This document shows positions 1-7,925 of a DNA stretch of 32,000 nucleotides, one piece after another. Source of the DNA: Candidatus Nanoarchaeia archaeon. GTDB lineage: Archaea; Nanobdellota; Nanobdellia; Woesearchaeales; JANQNC01. The notes beneath the pieces are model-generated. The model saw only the letters and a list, made by a program, of their open reading frames with translations. It was not told where the DNA came from and made no database searches. Made by a program: the position numbers and the translations under genes. Every line of letters starts with the position of its first letter. Position 1 is the first letter of the stretch. The DNA is taken from positions 480,001 through 512,000 of the forward strand of contig JANQNC010000001.1 in the NCBI GenBank assembly GCA_028279745.1. The letters run 5' to 3'.

Positions 1-893
1 TTATTTATCAATTTAGCAGCTTTAGGAAGCAAAACTGTTTGGAACCCTAACAAAAAGAGAAAAACCCCCACAACTAACTGGTTAGCAACAGAGAAAATAC
101 CTACCTCTGCAAGTGATAAGAAGTAAGCCACAAAAAAAACAGGAACTCTTTTTGCCAGATTATAAAATGTAGACGCTAAAAACATCCATCTCCCAAAAGA
201 GAACATCTCTTTAAACATGCTTTTTTGATTACCTTTCGCATGAACAAACGATTTAGGGATCAAGAATAAAGAAAGCAGGAAAACAAAAAGAGTGTTTATA
301 CCATAGATCATAAAAATAACATTGACATTCATAAGTTTAAATAAAGAAAAAACAATAAGCAAAAATAGTGGGATCCCTTTCAATAACAAGGATTGAACAA
401 CATATGACTTAAACTTCTCATTTGCTCTAAGATATCCAAGGTAAAAGTAGGAGAATGAAAGGAACAAAACAGTGATAAAAGAAAAGATTAATGGTGTGTA
501 AAGCTCAGGCTTACCAAAAACCTCAAGCGCTATTGTCTTTGAAAAAAATATTCCTAACGCAGATATAACAAATATCTGGACAAAATTCCATTTAGCCAGT
601 ACTTTTATGACTAACCCTAACTTACTTTTGTTCTTTCTAGAGTACTGCCCGATAAATCTGACCATTATGGGGCTAAATGCATTCTGAAACAATACTGCCG
701 CTAAGTTTATTACAGCAATAAAAAAAGAATATATACCAAACTCTGCAGGAGGCAAGATTCTTGTTAAAAAATATATAGCGCCAATACCTAACAAAGCGAT
801 TATGACTGAATTAATAGTGATAATAAAAGAATTCTTAACTGTTCTAGTGTGGATTAAGTGGTCTACTTCATGAATCAAAGAGTCTAAAAACAT
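1..893 (-). CDS. Wzx-like (MOP superfamily) glycan flippase, N-terminal 297 codons; the C-terminus lies beyond the left edge
   Basis: Absent from the ORF track because it has no stop inside the window. My reverse-strand translation from ATG 893-891 stays open to position 1: MFLDSLIHEVDHLIHTRTVKNSFIITINSVIIALLGIGAIYFLTRILPPAEFGIYSFFIAVINLAAVLFQNAFSPIMVRF... It has multiple hydrophobic helices and the N-terminal R-x-L-x-P-x-E-[FY]-G pattern typical of Wzx/'polysaccharide biosynthesis protein' flippases. A TATA-like box at 914-923 lies about 26 nt upstream of the ATG. Confidence 0.8.
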   Translation of the reverse strand, partial: MFLDSLIHEVDHLIHTRTVKNSFIITINSVIIALLGIGAIYFLTRILPPAEFGIYSFFIAVINLAAVLFQNAFSPIMVRFIGQYSRKNKSKLGLVIKVLAKWNFVQIFVISALGIFFSKTIALEVFGKPELYTPLIFSFITVLFLSFSYFYLGYLRANEKFKSYVVQSLLLKGIPLFLLIVFSLFKLMNVNVIFMIYGINTLFVFLLSLFLIPKSFVHAKGNQKSMFKEMFSFGRWMFLASTFYNLAKRVPVFFVAYFLSLAEVGIFSVANQLVVGVFLFLLGFQTVLLPKAAKLIN

Positions 894-913
894 AGTTTAG
901 AACAGGGATTGTT

Positions 914-923
914 TATTTATAAA
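914..923 (-). promoter_or_regulatory. Archaeal TATA-like box (reverse strand TTTATAAATA) for the flippase gene; spacing predicts a leaderless or near-leaderless mRNA
   Basis: The box centre is about 26 nt upstream of ATG 893. It sits 1 nt after the stop codon (927-925) of the upstream gene. The same motif recurs at other transcription-unit starts in the window. Confidence 0.45.
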
Positions 924-924
924 C

Positions 925-2184
925 TTAACTGAAAAAGTATTTAGAAGTTTTAAAAAAATCCAAGTATGCTTTTTCAACAATTGAAGCGTTTTTCTTGACA
1001 TCACATTTATCTTTTATGAACGTTTCATTACTTATTGAAATTTTCTTCCTTTCTGATTTTTTTAGATTCAATATTTTTATTATACTGTTTGATATTAGTT
1101 TGTGGTTTGTTTTCTGTTTTGTGGTTCTTCCAGTAAAAAAGTTATCGAAAGCAGATTTTATGTTCTTTGGTGACACCACACCTCCAAAAGAGCCCCCTTT
1201 AGGGCCTTCTTTCTGACCAGCAAGAATAACAATAGAACCAGAAGCAAGAGCCTCCATCGCAACCCTATCAATACCAATAACAACATCTGCAGAACGATAG
1301 TAATCTTGAGGGTTGTTCTTGAATCCTAACAAATTAACCGCTTTTTTCCCAATATTACGGTTTACTTCTTCAGCTAATGCCTTGACTTCTGCTTCTTTAT
1401 GGCCCGAGCCAAGAATCATAAGCCTGACATTCTTATTTTTTGAGTAAATCTTAGGTATTGCTTTAATTGATTCAATAGCTGAAAGGTACTTGTCTTTAGC
1501 CAGCCTTCCAGAATGGAGAATAATAAACTCATTTTTCTTTCTTGGTAATTTTTTCCCTTTGCTATTAAACTTTGTGAGATCCACAAAAGGAGAGTAATTA
1601 ACTAATTTACTCTTCTTAACACCTTTTTTCAGTACAAAATCAGAATATTCCCTTGCGTGAGAAAAAACGTTCACAACTTCACTTTTAATTTTATTTGAAT
1701 TCAATGGTGGGAAAAGTTCTGAATAGTTGATTATGCCGTGGAGATTAACAAAAAGAGGCTTGTTTGTCAGTTTTGAAGCTATGTAACCCACTAAAGTTGG
1801 GTTGTTAAGATGAGTGTTTATTACGTCAATCTTGTTATCTTCCACTATCTTCTTGATCTTGTGTGTCGAGAAGAGTATCCCTGGTATGCCTGGCAATATG
1901 CTGTCTTTCCCTTTTTTTAGTAGACCCTTCAGAAAGTTCCAATTGAACTGCAAAAACGAATAGAAACTGTGATTTTTATCTGGCTGCAGTAAAAGATAAA
2001 GAAGTGATGACTCAAACGCAACAGGCAAAACATAATTCTTTATTCCTTTAATGTTTACTTTTCTTTGAGTGACCCAGTAAACCTTGTGGCCTCTCCGAAT
2101 AAGCTCTTGATCTAAAGTAGATATGTGAGTTAATATGCCCCCTTCAGTAGCTTCAAGTATCCTTAATATTCTTAGTTTTTTCAT
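925..2184 (-). CDS. GT-B fold glycosyltransferase, GT4-like with a degenerate E-x7-E motif
   Basis: 419-aa ORF. The N-terminus MKKLRILRILEATEGGILTHISTLDQELIRRGHKV has the GT4 N-domain glycine motif. The C-domain reads ADVVIGIDRVAMEALASGSIVI where EX7E normally sits. An ATGA start/stop overlap joins it to the upstream gene at 2181-2184. Confidence 0.75.
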   Translation of the reverse strand: MKKLRILRILEATEGGILTHISTLDQELIRRGHKVYWVTQRKVNIKGIKNYVLPVAFESSLLYLLLQPDKNHSFYSFLQFNWNFLKGLLKKGKDSILPGIPGILFSTHKIKKIVEDNKIDVINTHLNNPTLVGYIASKLTNKPLFVNLHGIINYSELFPPLNSNKIKSEVVNVFSHAREYSDFVLKKGVKKSKLVNYSPFVDLTKFNSKGKKLPRKKNEFIILHSGRLAKDKYLSAIESIKAIPKIYSKNKNVRLMILGSGHKEAEVKALAEEVNRNIGKKAVNLLGFKNNPQDYYRSADVVIGIDRVAMEALASGSIVILAGQKEGPKGGSFGGVVSPKNIKSAFDNFFTGRTTKQKTNHKLISNSIIKILNLKKSERKKISISNETFIKDKCDVKKNASIVEKAYLDFFKTSKYFFS

Positions 2185-3362
2185 TTTGTATTTGTTTTTT
2201 TATTTTTTATCGCTTTCACGTAAGCTTTCTTCAGTTTTTTTGCAAGTTGAGTCATAGAATACTCCTTCAATGCATTATTGCTCTTAACTCTTGATTTTTT
2301 CAGCTTGTTTATCAGTTTCGGGAACTCATTTATTTTTCCAACAGACACCAGATTAGATAATTTTTCATAACCTCTAATGCCAAAAGGAGTTGTTACAACA
2401 TCTAATCCTGCACCCAAGCACTCAATAATCTTAACATTTGAGCCAGAACCTGACACGACAGGGTTTAAAGCGATGTCTGCTGCAGAATAGTAAGGAGAAA
2501 CATCTTTTACCTTTCCTGCAACTATCACTCTTTCATCTTTTATTTTATTCATGCTTTCACATATGCTTCCAACAAACATAAATTTTACATTCTTACCTGT
2601 TTTAGGTACAACCTTGTTGATAATTATGTCCTTTGCTTTCTGATTGTGTTTCATGTTGCTTGCGACAAAAACTACAAGTTTTTCTTTTTCAGACACGCAT
2701 AGTTTTTTCCTTAGTCTGTTTCTTTCATTCCTTGTTTTCTTTTTTATTCCTAAGTTATCATACCCATTTGGAACTACAACAATCTTATCTCTACTAACCC
2801 CATACTCTTTTACATAACTTTTAGCATCTCTTTCACAGCAAGTTATTGCTAAATCACATTTTTCTAGAGATTCTTTCTCTGCTTTTTTTACTAGGCCAGT
2901 AAAATAATTCTTGAATAACGAGTTATCAATATACTTCTTCCAATATTCATACTCAAAATTCTGAGAATGATACACAATGGGTTTGTCTTTTGGAACCAGA
3001 TCGTACCATGATGCAAACCACGGGAAGTTAAATTGAACCAAATCGTGTTTTCCTTTGAAAAATTTTCTGTAAAAAGGTTTTGCAATCTTTAGAAGAGAAT
3101 ACAAAACTGGTTGAGATAAGATTTTCAAATCTATCAAAGGCTGGATGAAAAAAATACTGCTTGGAGTTCTGTTAATCGAGAACCCTTTGTTTATCTTGAA
3201 CTTGTCTTTTGAGTATAAATAAGAGCTTAATTCTATAGAATCAAAGTTTACGTTTTCTTTTGCAGAGTATTTGTTAAGCAAATATATCCTTTTCTTACCT
3301 CCTGCGTTGGGAGGGATAATCCTAAAAGGGCAAAAATCTAAAACTTTCAGCTTTTTGACCAT
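2181..3362 (-). CDS. GT4-family glycosyltransferase
   Basis: 393 aa. The C-domain NPVVSGSGSNVKIIECLGAGLDVVTT is the G-x-G-x-x-x-K-x-x-E variant of the GT4 donor pocket. Its ATG (3362-3360) shares one base with the stop of the upstream gene (TAATG). Confidence 0.8.
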   Translation of the reverse strand: MVKKLKVLDFCPFRIIPPNAGGKKRIYLLNKYSAKENVNFDSIELSSYLYSKDKFKINKGFSINRTPSSIFFIQPLIDLKILSQPVLYSLLKIAKPFYRKFFKGKHDLVQFNFPWFASWYDLVPKDKPIVYHSQNFEYEYWKKYIDNSLFKNYFTGLVKKAEKESLEKCDLAITCCERDAKSYVKEYGVSRDKIVVVPNGYDNLGIKKKTRNERNRLRKKLCVSEKEKLVVFVASNMKHNQKAKDIIINKVVPKTGKNVKFMFVGSICESMNKIKDERVIVAGKVKDVSPYYSAADIALNPVVSGSGSNVKIIECLGAGLDVVTTPFGIRGYEKLSNLVSVGKINEFPKLINKLKKSRVKSNNALKEYSMTQLAKKLKKAYVKAIKNKKTNTK

Positions 3363-4459
3363 TATAAATTTGCCTCCATCTTCTTAACAATCTTTTCCCA
3401 AGAATATTTATCCTTAAACTGTTTGTTAAGTTTGTACTTTTTACTTTTAGATAGGGTTGCTTTTATTTTTTTAGGGAATGCACTTATTTTATTCTCAATT
3501 GATAAAAGGTTACCTGAAACTTTTTTATCTATCCCTTCCGCGCCTTTTGAAGTGCTAAGTACTGGTTTTGAACACATCAGGCCTTCAAGGATTTTTAATC
3601 TGGTTCCCCCTCCAGACATTATAGGGGTTACGATCATATCTGAAAGATGTATGTAATCTTCTATTACGGGCACTTCCCCTGTAACAATCACGTTATCATA
3701 AACCCCTCTCTCAATTGGGGGGCTTGGACCAACCAGCATAAAAACAGTATTACTCATCAATTTATGTTTTGAAATCTTGTTTAATATTTTATTAAACGCA
3801 TCAAGATTTGGAGGATAGCTATAATTACCAAAAAACAGAACAACTTTCTTGTTTTTTAGCGAGTATTTCTTTTTTATTTTGTTTATCCTGCTTTTTACAG
3901 GAGGTTTTGGTGTTGGAGACCCATTAGGAATCTCAACTAGTTTAGTTTTAGGAATACCTTGTTTCTTTAGGAAATTCATATCCTCTTTAGATACACAAAA
4001 AATCTTATCTGCAGACTTGTAAGCTGATAACTCTACTGTTTTGAAGATTCCGTTCAACAAAGGAAACTTTTTCTGCTCCTTGAACCTTTTGTACTCAACG
4101 TTATGTAAATCCAGATAATAAGGCGTTCCTGTTATTGATTTTAGTATTTTTGCATAAATTGCAGTCCAAGGAAAAGATACAATAATCTTGTCAGGTTTTT
4201 CTTTTGATGTTGCACTCATTAGTTTCGATAACAAAAAAGGGTTAAAGAACTGAAACATCCGTATAGAAGGACCCACCGGTTTAAACTTAACATTCTTAAT
4301 ATTCTTTATCTTCTCTTTTGAATCTAGCTGAGCATAGTTATGAAAATAGTAATCCACTTTGTTATTTCTTGAAAGGTACTTCAAAATATTGTAAATCCTA
4401 ATATACGCTCCGCAACTGACTGATTTAATATCAAATGGAGTAATGTATAATAGCTTCAT
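3362..4459 (-). CDS. GT4-family glycosyltransferase
   Basis: 365 aa. It starts MKLLYITPFD and has TPIMSGGGTRLKILEGLMCSKPVLST in the C-domain. A Shine-Dalgarno GAGGGGG lies 4 nt upstream of the ATG. Confidence 0.85.
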   Translation of the reverse strand: MKLLYITPFDIKSVSCGAYIRIYNILKYLSRNNKVDYYFHNYAQLDSKEKIKNIKNVKFKPVGPSIRMFQFFNPFLLSKLMSATSKEKPDKIIVSFPWTAIYAKILKSITGTPYYLDLHNVEYKRFKEQKKFPLLNGIFKTVELSAYKSADKIFCVSKEDMNFLKKQGIPKTKLVEIPNGSPTPKPPVKSRINKIKKKYSLKNKKVVLFFGNYSYPPNLDAFNKILNKISKHKLMSNTVFMLVGPSPPIERGVYDNVIVTGEVPVIEDYIHLSDMIVTPIMSGGGTRLKILEGLMCSKPVLSTSKGAEGIDKKVSGNLLSIENKISAFPKKIKATLSKSKKYKLNKQFKDKYSWEKIVKKMEANL

Positions 4460-4460
4460 T

Positions 4461-5318
4461 TTACCCCCTCTTAGCGTGTTTTGACTTTTCTAAATAATAA
4501 CCCAACTCCTGAAAAACAAAACTAAAAAACAGTAAAGGAAAGATTAACACTATCTCTTTCTTAAACTTGTAAGTATCAAGAATATTTTTTGAAGACCAAA
4601 GTCGTAAGCTGATAAAATTCGAGACCTGTTTAACCTGCTGCTTAAAATGAAAATTAGCTCTCCCTCTTTTAATGTTCCACTTAACAAAAGAGTTCATAGT
4701 GCTTCTTGGTTTATGGAAAACAAGAACATCATTACAATACTTAATCTTTATCCCGTTGGTTTTTAGACGGTATGAAAGTTCTGCGTCTTCAGCGCCAGAC
4801 TTTAGGCTGTTATCAAACCCCTTAACCTTGTTAAAAACTTTTTTCCTGAATGCACAGTTACATGTAGAAAGATGATCAGTAAAACCTTTCGAGTCTACAT
4901 GCCACATCTTATCAAAACCAACATTAGCACCTCCAGGAAAACCCAGTGCAGATATTGAGTCTGCAAGCAGGTTCTTATGATGAATCTTGGTGTTGCCTGA
5001 AACAACATCGATCTTTTTGTTAGAAAATCTTTTCTTAATCTTTTTCGCCCAGTTAGGAGATGCAACTTCATCTGAGTCAATAAAAGCAACTAGGCTTCCT
5101 TTTGCAGTCTTTAAACCTTTATTTCTTGCAATTGAGAACCCGGAACCAAGCGGGACTGTTGCATATTTGAACTTAAAAGGTAGATCTGGTTTTTTTCTCG
5201 AGTTTGTCTCATTAACTAAAACAATCTCCTTGTAGTCTTGCCCCTCTAGAGACTCGAAAAGGTTAGTCATATCAGAGTCTATTCCTTTCGTTATAACAAT
5301 TATAGATAGTTGAGTCAT
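4461..5318 (-). CDS. GT2-family (GT-A fold) glycosyltransferase, membrane-anchored
   Basis: 285 aa. LSIIVITKG is the first beta-strand, LVAFIDSDEV is the DxD motif, and IVLIFPLLFFSFVFQELGYYL is a C-terminal hydrophobic helix. An ATGA overlap with the upstream gene lies at 5315-5318, with GAGGAG just upstream. Confidence 0.8.
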   Translation of the reverse strand: MTQLSIIVITKGIDSDMTNLFESLEGQDYKEIVLVNETNSRKKPDLPFKFKYATVPLGSGFSIARNKGLKTAKGSLVAFIDSDEVASPNWAKKIKKRFSNKKIDVVSGNTKIHHKNLLADSISALGFPGGANVGFDKMWHVDSKGFTDHLSTCNCAFRKKVFNKVKGFDNSLKSGAEDAELSYRLKTNGIKIKYCNDVLVFHKPRSTMNSFVKWNIKRGRANFHFKQQVKQVSNFISLRLWSSKNILDTYKFKKEIVLIFPLLFFSFVFQELGYYLEKSKHAKRG

Positions 5319-6193
5319 CTTCTCCTCATATCCGCCAAGAATCCAAACAAAAGAACCTGAAAACCAGTAACAATAAACAACATCATAGCAATCAAAGAAG
5401 GCACATGACCTTGAATTCCGGTAGTGAAATGCATCGTGGTAAAGTAAGCTGCTAAAATTCCTCCAACAATCAATAATGAAAAACCCGCAGCACCAAAAAA
5501 TTTCAGAGGCTCATAATCACGATAGGTTCTAAGGATTGTGACCCAAGCTTTAACTGCGTAGTCAATGGGCCCTTTCATCAAATGACTTTTATCTGCTCTC
5601 TTCTTGAAAGTTATAGGTGTCTCCTTAATAGAACAACCTTCTAAAGCTGCTTCAATAATCTGTTGTTGGGTGTAAGTGTACTTAGAGGTTATTGGAAGCT
5701 TTGCAATTTTTTTGTTAAACACTCTAAATCCCGTCTGTCCGTCAGTAATTTTTAGTTTTGTTATCCTGCTCAACACTTTTGAAAATGCTTTGTTACCCCA
5801 CCTTTTCATAGCAGGCATCTTCTCAATCTTACCCATAAACCTGCTTCCAAGAACCAGATCATACTTCCCTTTATTGTAAACATCCAATAGCTTGGGAATT
5901 TCAGAAGCAACATATTGGTTGTCTGCATCAAAATGAACTATTATGTCAGCACCCATCTTCAAAGCTTCTTCCATCTCTGTTCTGAATGCTGCTGCCAAAC
6001 CTCTATTTCTTGAGTGAGAAATCACTGTTGCTCTTTTAGAAGCAACTTCTGCAGTGTTATCCGTACTACCATCATTTACAACAAGAACTTTGTAATCGTA
6101 TTTATTAGCCATTACATCATGTATATCAGTAATGGCCTTCTCAATGGTCTTGCCTTCATTATATGCAGGAATAGTTACAACTATCAATTTCAC
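5315..6193 (-). CDS. Polyprenyl (dolichyl)-phosphate hexose synthase, GT2 (DPM1/GtrB/ArnC/AglD-like architecture)
   Basis: 292 aa. Motifs are VTIPAYNEGKTIEKAI, VLVVNDGSTDNT and HFDADNQY. Two C-terminal TM helices (FFGAAGFSLLIVGGILAAYF and LIAMMLFIVTGFQVLLFGFLA) complete the hallmark layout of polyprenol-phosphate sugar synthases. The track start GTG 6193 begins with the last base of a GAGGTG SD. TTG 6187, 5 nt after that SD, is an equally plausible start. Confidence 0.8.
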   Translation of the reverse strand: MKLIVVTIPAYNEGKTIEKAITDIHDVMANKYDYKVLVVNDGSTDNTAEVASKRATVISHSRNRGLAAAFRTEMEEALKMGADIIVHFDADNQYVASEIPKLLDVYNKGKYDLVLGSRFMGKIEKMPAMKRWGNKAFSKVLSRITKLKITDGQTGFRVFNKKIAKLPITSKYTYTQQQIIEAALEGCSIKETPITFKKRADKSHLMKGPIDYAVKAWVTILRTYRDYEPLKFFGAAGFSLLIVGGILAAYFTTMHFTTGIQGHVPSLIAMMLFIVTGFQVLLFGFLADMRRR

Positions 6194-6221
6194 ACCTCTA
6201 AACTATTCATAAGAACAGGCA

Positions 6222-6229
6222 TTTATAAA
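6222..6229 (-). promoter_or_regulatory. Palindromic TATA-like box TTTATAAA for the five-gene operon 6193->925
   Basis: The reverse strand reads GGCAAAATCTTTATAAAT. The box centre is about 26 nt upstream of the GAGGTG SD/start region. The stop codon TAA (6225-6223) of the upstream GT-C gene lies inside the box. Confidence 0.45.
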
Positions 6230-7866
6230 GATTTTGCCTCTTTTTTGAGGAAATAAGCACTAATTAGCGCAAAAAGAACAAGTATTGCTGAAATCCCCGC
6301 CAAAAGAGGTTTTGGAAAATCATCAGACAACCTAACCATCCAAAAATCAAATTTGTAATGGAGCTCTTTATCGTTAACATTTACTATTCCTTTATCAAAG
6401 ACTAACGCTTTTAGAACCTTAGCGTGAACTAAGATTGGAGATGCAGCAGGATCATACTGAATATTTTCAATAAACTTATCATCTTCGTTACCATACAAAT
6501 TTCTCTGCACATGAGCAGCACGTATATGATCTACAGTGAAACCAAGAACTTGAACAATAACTCCCAAGATTAAAACAAGAATAATGAAATTTCTCATCAA
6601 TCTGCTGTTCTTTTGCGAGAACAAACTCGCTATAGGAATCATCATCAAGATATGAATCGGGAATGCATACCTTGAACCCCAACCATGAGTTGTTAACTCA
6701 CTAACTATGAAGAATAAAAGGAAGATAAGCAGTGAAGAAATGATTAAAACTGAAACTTCTTTCTTTTCTTTGTAGAATTTGTTTATACCAAAAAAGAAAA
6801 GCAGTAATGGAGCGGAATAGAAGAAAATACCTCTCCCAACACTAAGTATCCTAACATAGAAATGATTCAGGAAGTTAGGATTTGATAAGAACAAAAGAAT
6901 AACTGCTAAAAAGAATAAGTAAACTAATTTAACAAAGTGATCAGAGATAAGACTTTGCATAGACACTTTCTTGTTTTTTAGTACGAAATATAGTGCGCCC
7001 ACTAATGCCAAACTCCCCACAATTAATGAAATTGATACTGGGTTGATTAAAGCAGTAACTTCACCACTTGAATAGCCTGTCTCAAACATGTCGCCATACT
7101 TTACGAAGTTATACACCACCCACATTATGAAAGATGGTAGTGCCGCTATAGAAAAGAGAGCTGTGTTTTTTAGGAATAAACCCAGGTCTGCAAATTTCTT
7201 AACATCTTTTTGTTTTGGTTTTGAAAGTAGGAAAAGAAATAAGATAAAAGCAGGAAATACAATTATTGATTCGAACTTGAAAAGGAAAATAAGACCTGTA
7301 AATAATCCTGACAACAGCAATGAAGATGTCTTGTTTGTATCTTTAAACTTAGCAGCAGCATATACTGCAGAGATAAAGAGCAACGCAACAACAACTTCAG
7401 ATCTTGAAAAAGAAGAATAGACCCAAGCCATAGTGGCAAACGCGTAAGTTAAAACAGTCAATAGTGCTGCTTTGGTTGAAAACTTAAGATATCTCAAAAA
7501 AGAGTAAAGAACAAGAACAGTGAATGCTGAGACAAACACATTAATCAAAGAAAGCACAAACTTGCTTACAAGATCAACATCCAATCCAACAGTATTTGCA
7601 GCAAACTTAGTTGCAGCATAGAATGGAACAAATAACAAAGTTGTTCCTAGAGGGAATTTAGAGTAATAAAGGCCGTCTTTTCCTTCCTTAAGATGCACCA
7701 TCATCTCCGAAGGTTCAACATCAAATCTTCCTTTATCAACAATAGATTTAGTAACTTGATACTTTGTTTCAGTATCCCAAGCATAAAAGTAGCCTCCTGC
7801 ACATAACAAGAAAACAGAAGAAACTAAGATAAATAACAATAATATGACTTTCTTTTCCCTATCCAT
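6223..7866 (-). CDS. Putative GT-C fold, polyprenyl-phosphate-sugar-dependent membrane glycosyltransferase (ArnT/PMT-like)
   Basis: 547 aa with many TM helices. There is an acidic motif right after TM1 (YAWDTETKY), and the YSKFPLGTTLLFVPFY segment resembles the PMT_2/ArnT family. No WWDYG motif is present, so it is not AglB. It sits immediately upstream of the Dol-P-hexose-synthase-like gene. Confidence 0.55.
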   Translation of the reverse strand: MDREKKVILLLFILVSSVFLLCAGGYFYAWDTETKYQVTKSIVDKGRFDVEPSEMMVHLKEGKDGLYYSKFPLGTTLLFVPFYAATKFAANTVGLDVDLVSKFVLSLINVFVSAFTVLVLYSFLRYLKFSTKAALLTVLTYAFATMAWVYSSFSRSEVVVALLFISAVYAAAKFKDTNKTSSLLLSGLFTGLIFLFKFESIIVFPAFILFLFLLSKPKQKDVKKFADLGLFLKNTALFSIAALPSFIMWVVYNFVKYGDMFETGYSSGEVTALINPVSISLIVGSLALVGALYFVLKNKKVSMQSLISDHFVKLVYLFFLAVILLFLSNPNFLNHFYVRILSVGRGIFFYSAPLLLFFFGINKFYKEKKEVSVLIISSLLIFLLFFIVSELTTHGWGSRYAFPIHILMMIPIASLFSQKNSRLMRNFIILVLILGVIVQVLGFTVDHIRAAHVQRNLYGNEDDKFIENIQYDPAASPILVHAKVLKALVFDKGIVNVNDKELHYKFDFWMVRLSDDFPKPLLAGISAILVLFALISAYFLKKEAKSL

Positions 7867-7879
7867 TTTCCTAGAAACA

Positions 7880-7903
7880 TTTATAAAATCCCGAATTTAA
7901 ATA
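7880..7903. promoter_or_regulatory. Two palindromic TATA-like boxes (TTTATAAA 7880-7887 and TTTAAATA 7896-7903) in the 59-bp divergent spacer between the two GT-C genes
   Basis: The spacer reads AGAAACATTTATAAAATCCCGAATTTAAATATTTTTGGGAAAAGGGGCAAATCATG. Box 7880-7887 predicts a + TSS near 7910, upstream of the SD AAGGGG (7914-7919). Box 7896-7903 predicts either a leaderless + mRNA at ATG 7926 or a - TSS near 7873 for ATG 7866. Confidence 0.4.
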
Positions 7904-7925
7904 TTTTTGGGAAAAGGGGCAAATC

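Noticed and set aside
7088-7420. The track lists a 110-aa + strand ORF inside the GT-C gene. Similar antisense or nested ORFs are at 995..1216, 3423..3656, 4987..5235, 6014..6256, 14827..15189, 15514..15849, 16345..16695, 18705..18971, 22028..22402, 22962..23267, 25083..25436 and 28977..29345.
   Set aside because: All overlap longer ORFs that have recognisable family motifs. They lack SD or TATA context, and their composition looks like the reverse complement of A-rich coding sequence. I treat them as shadow ORFs.
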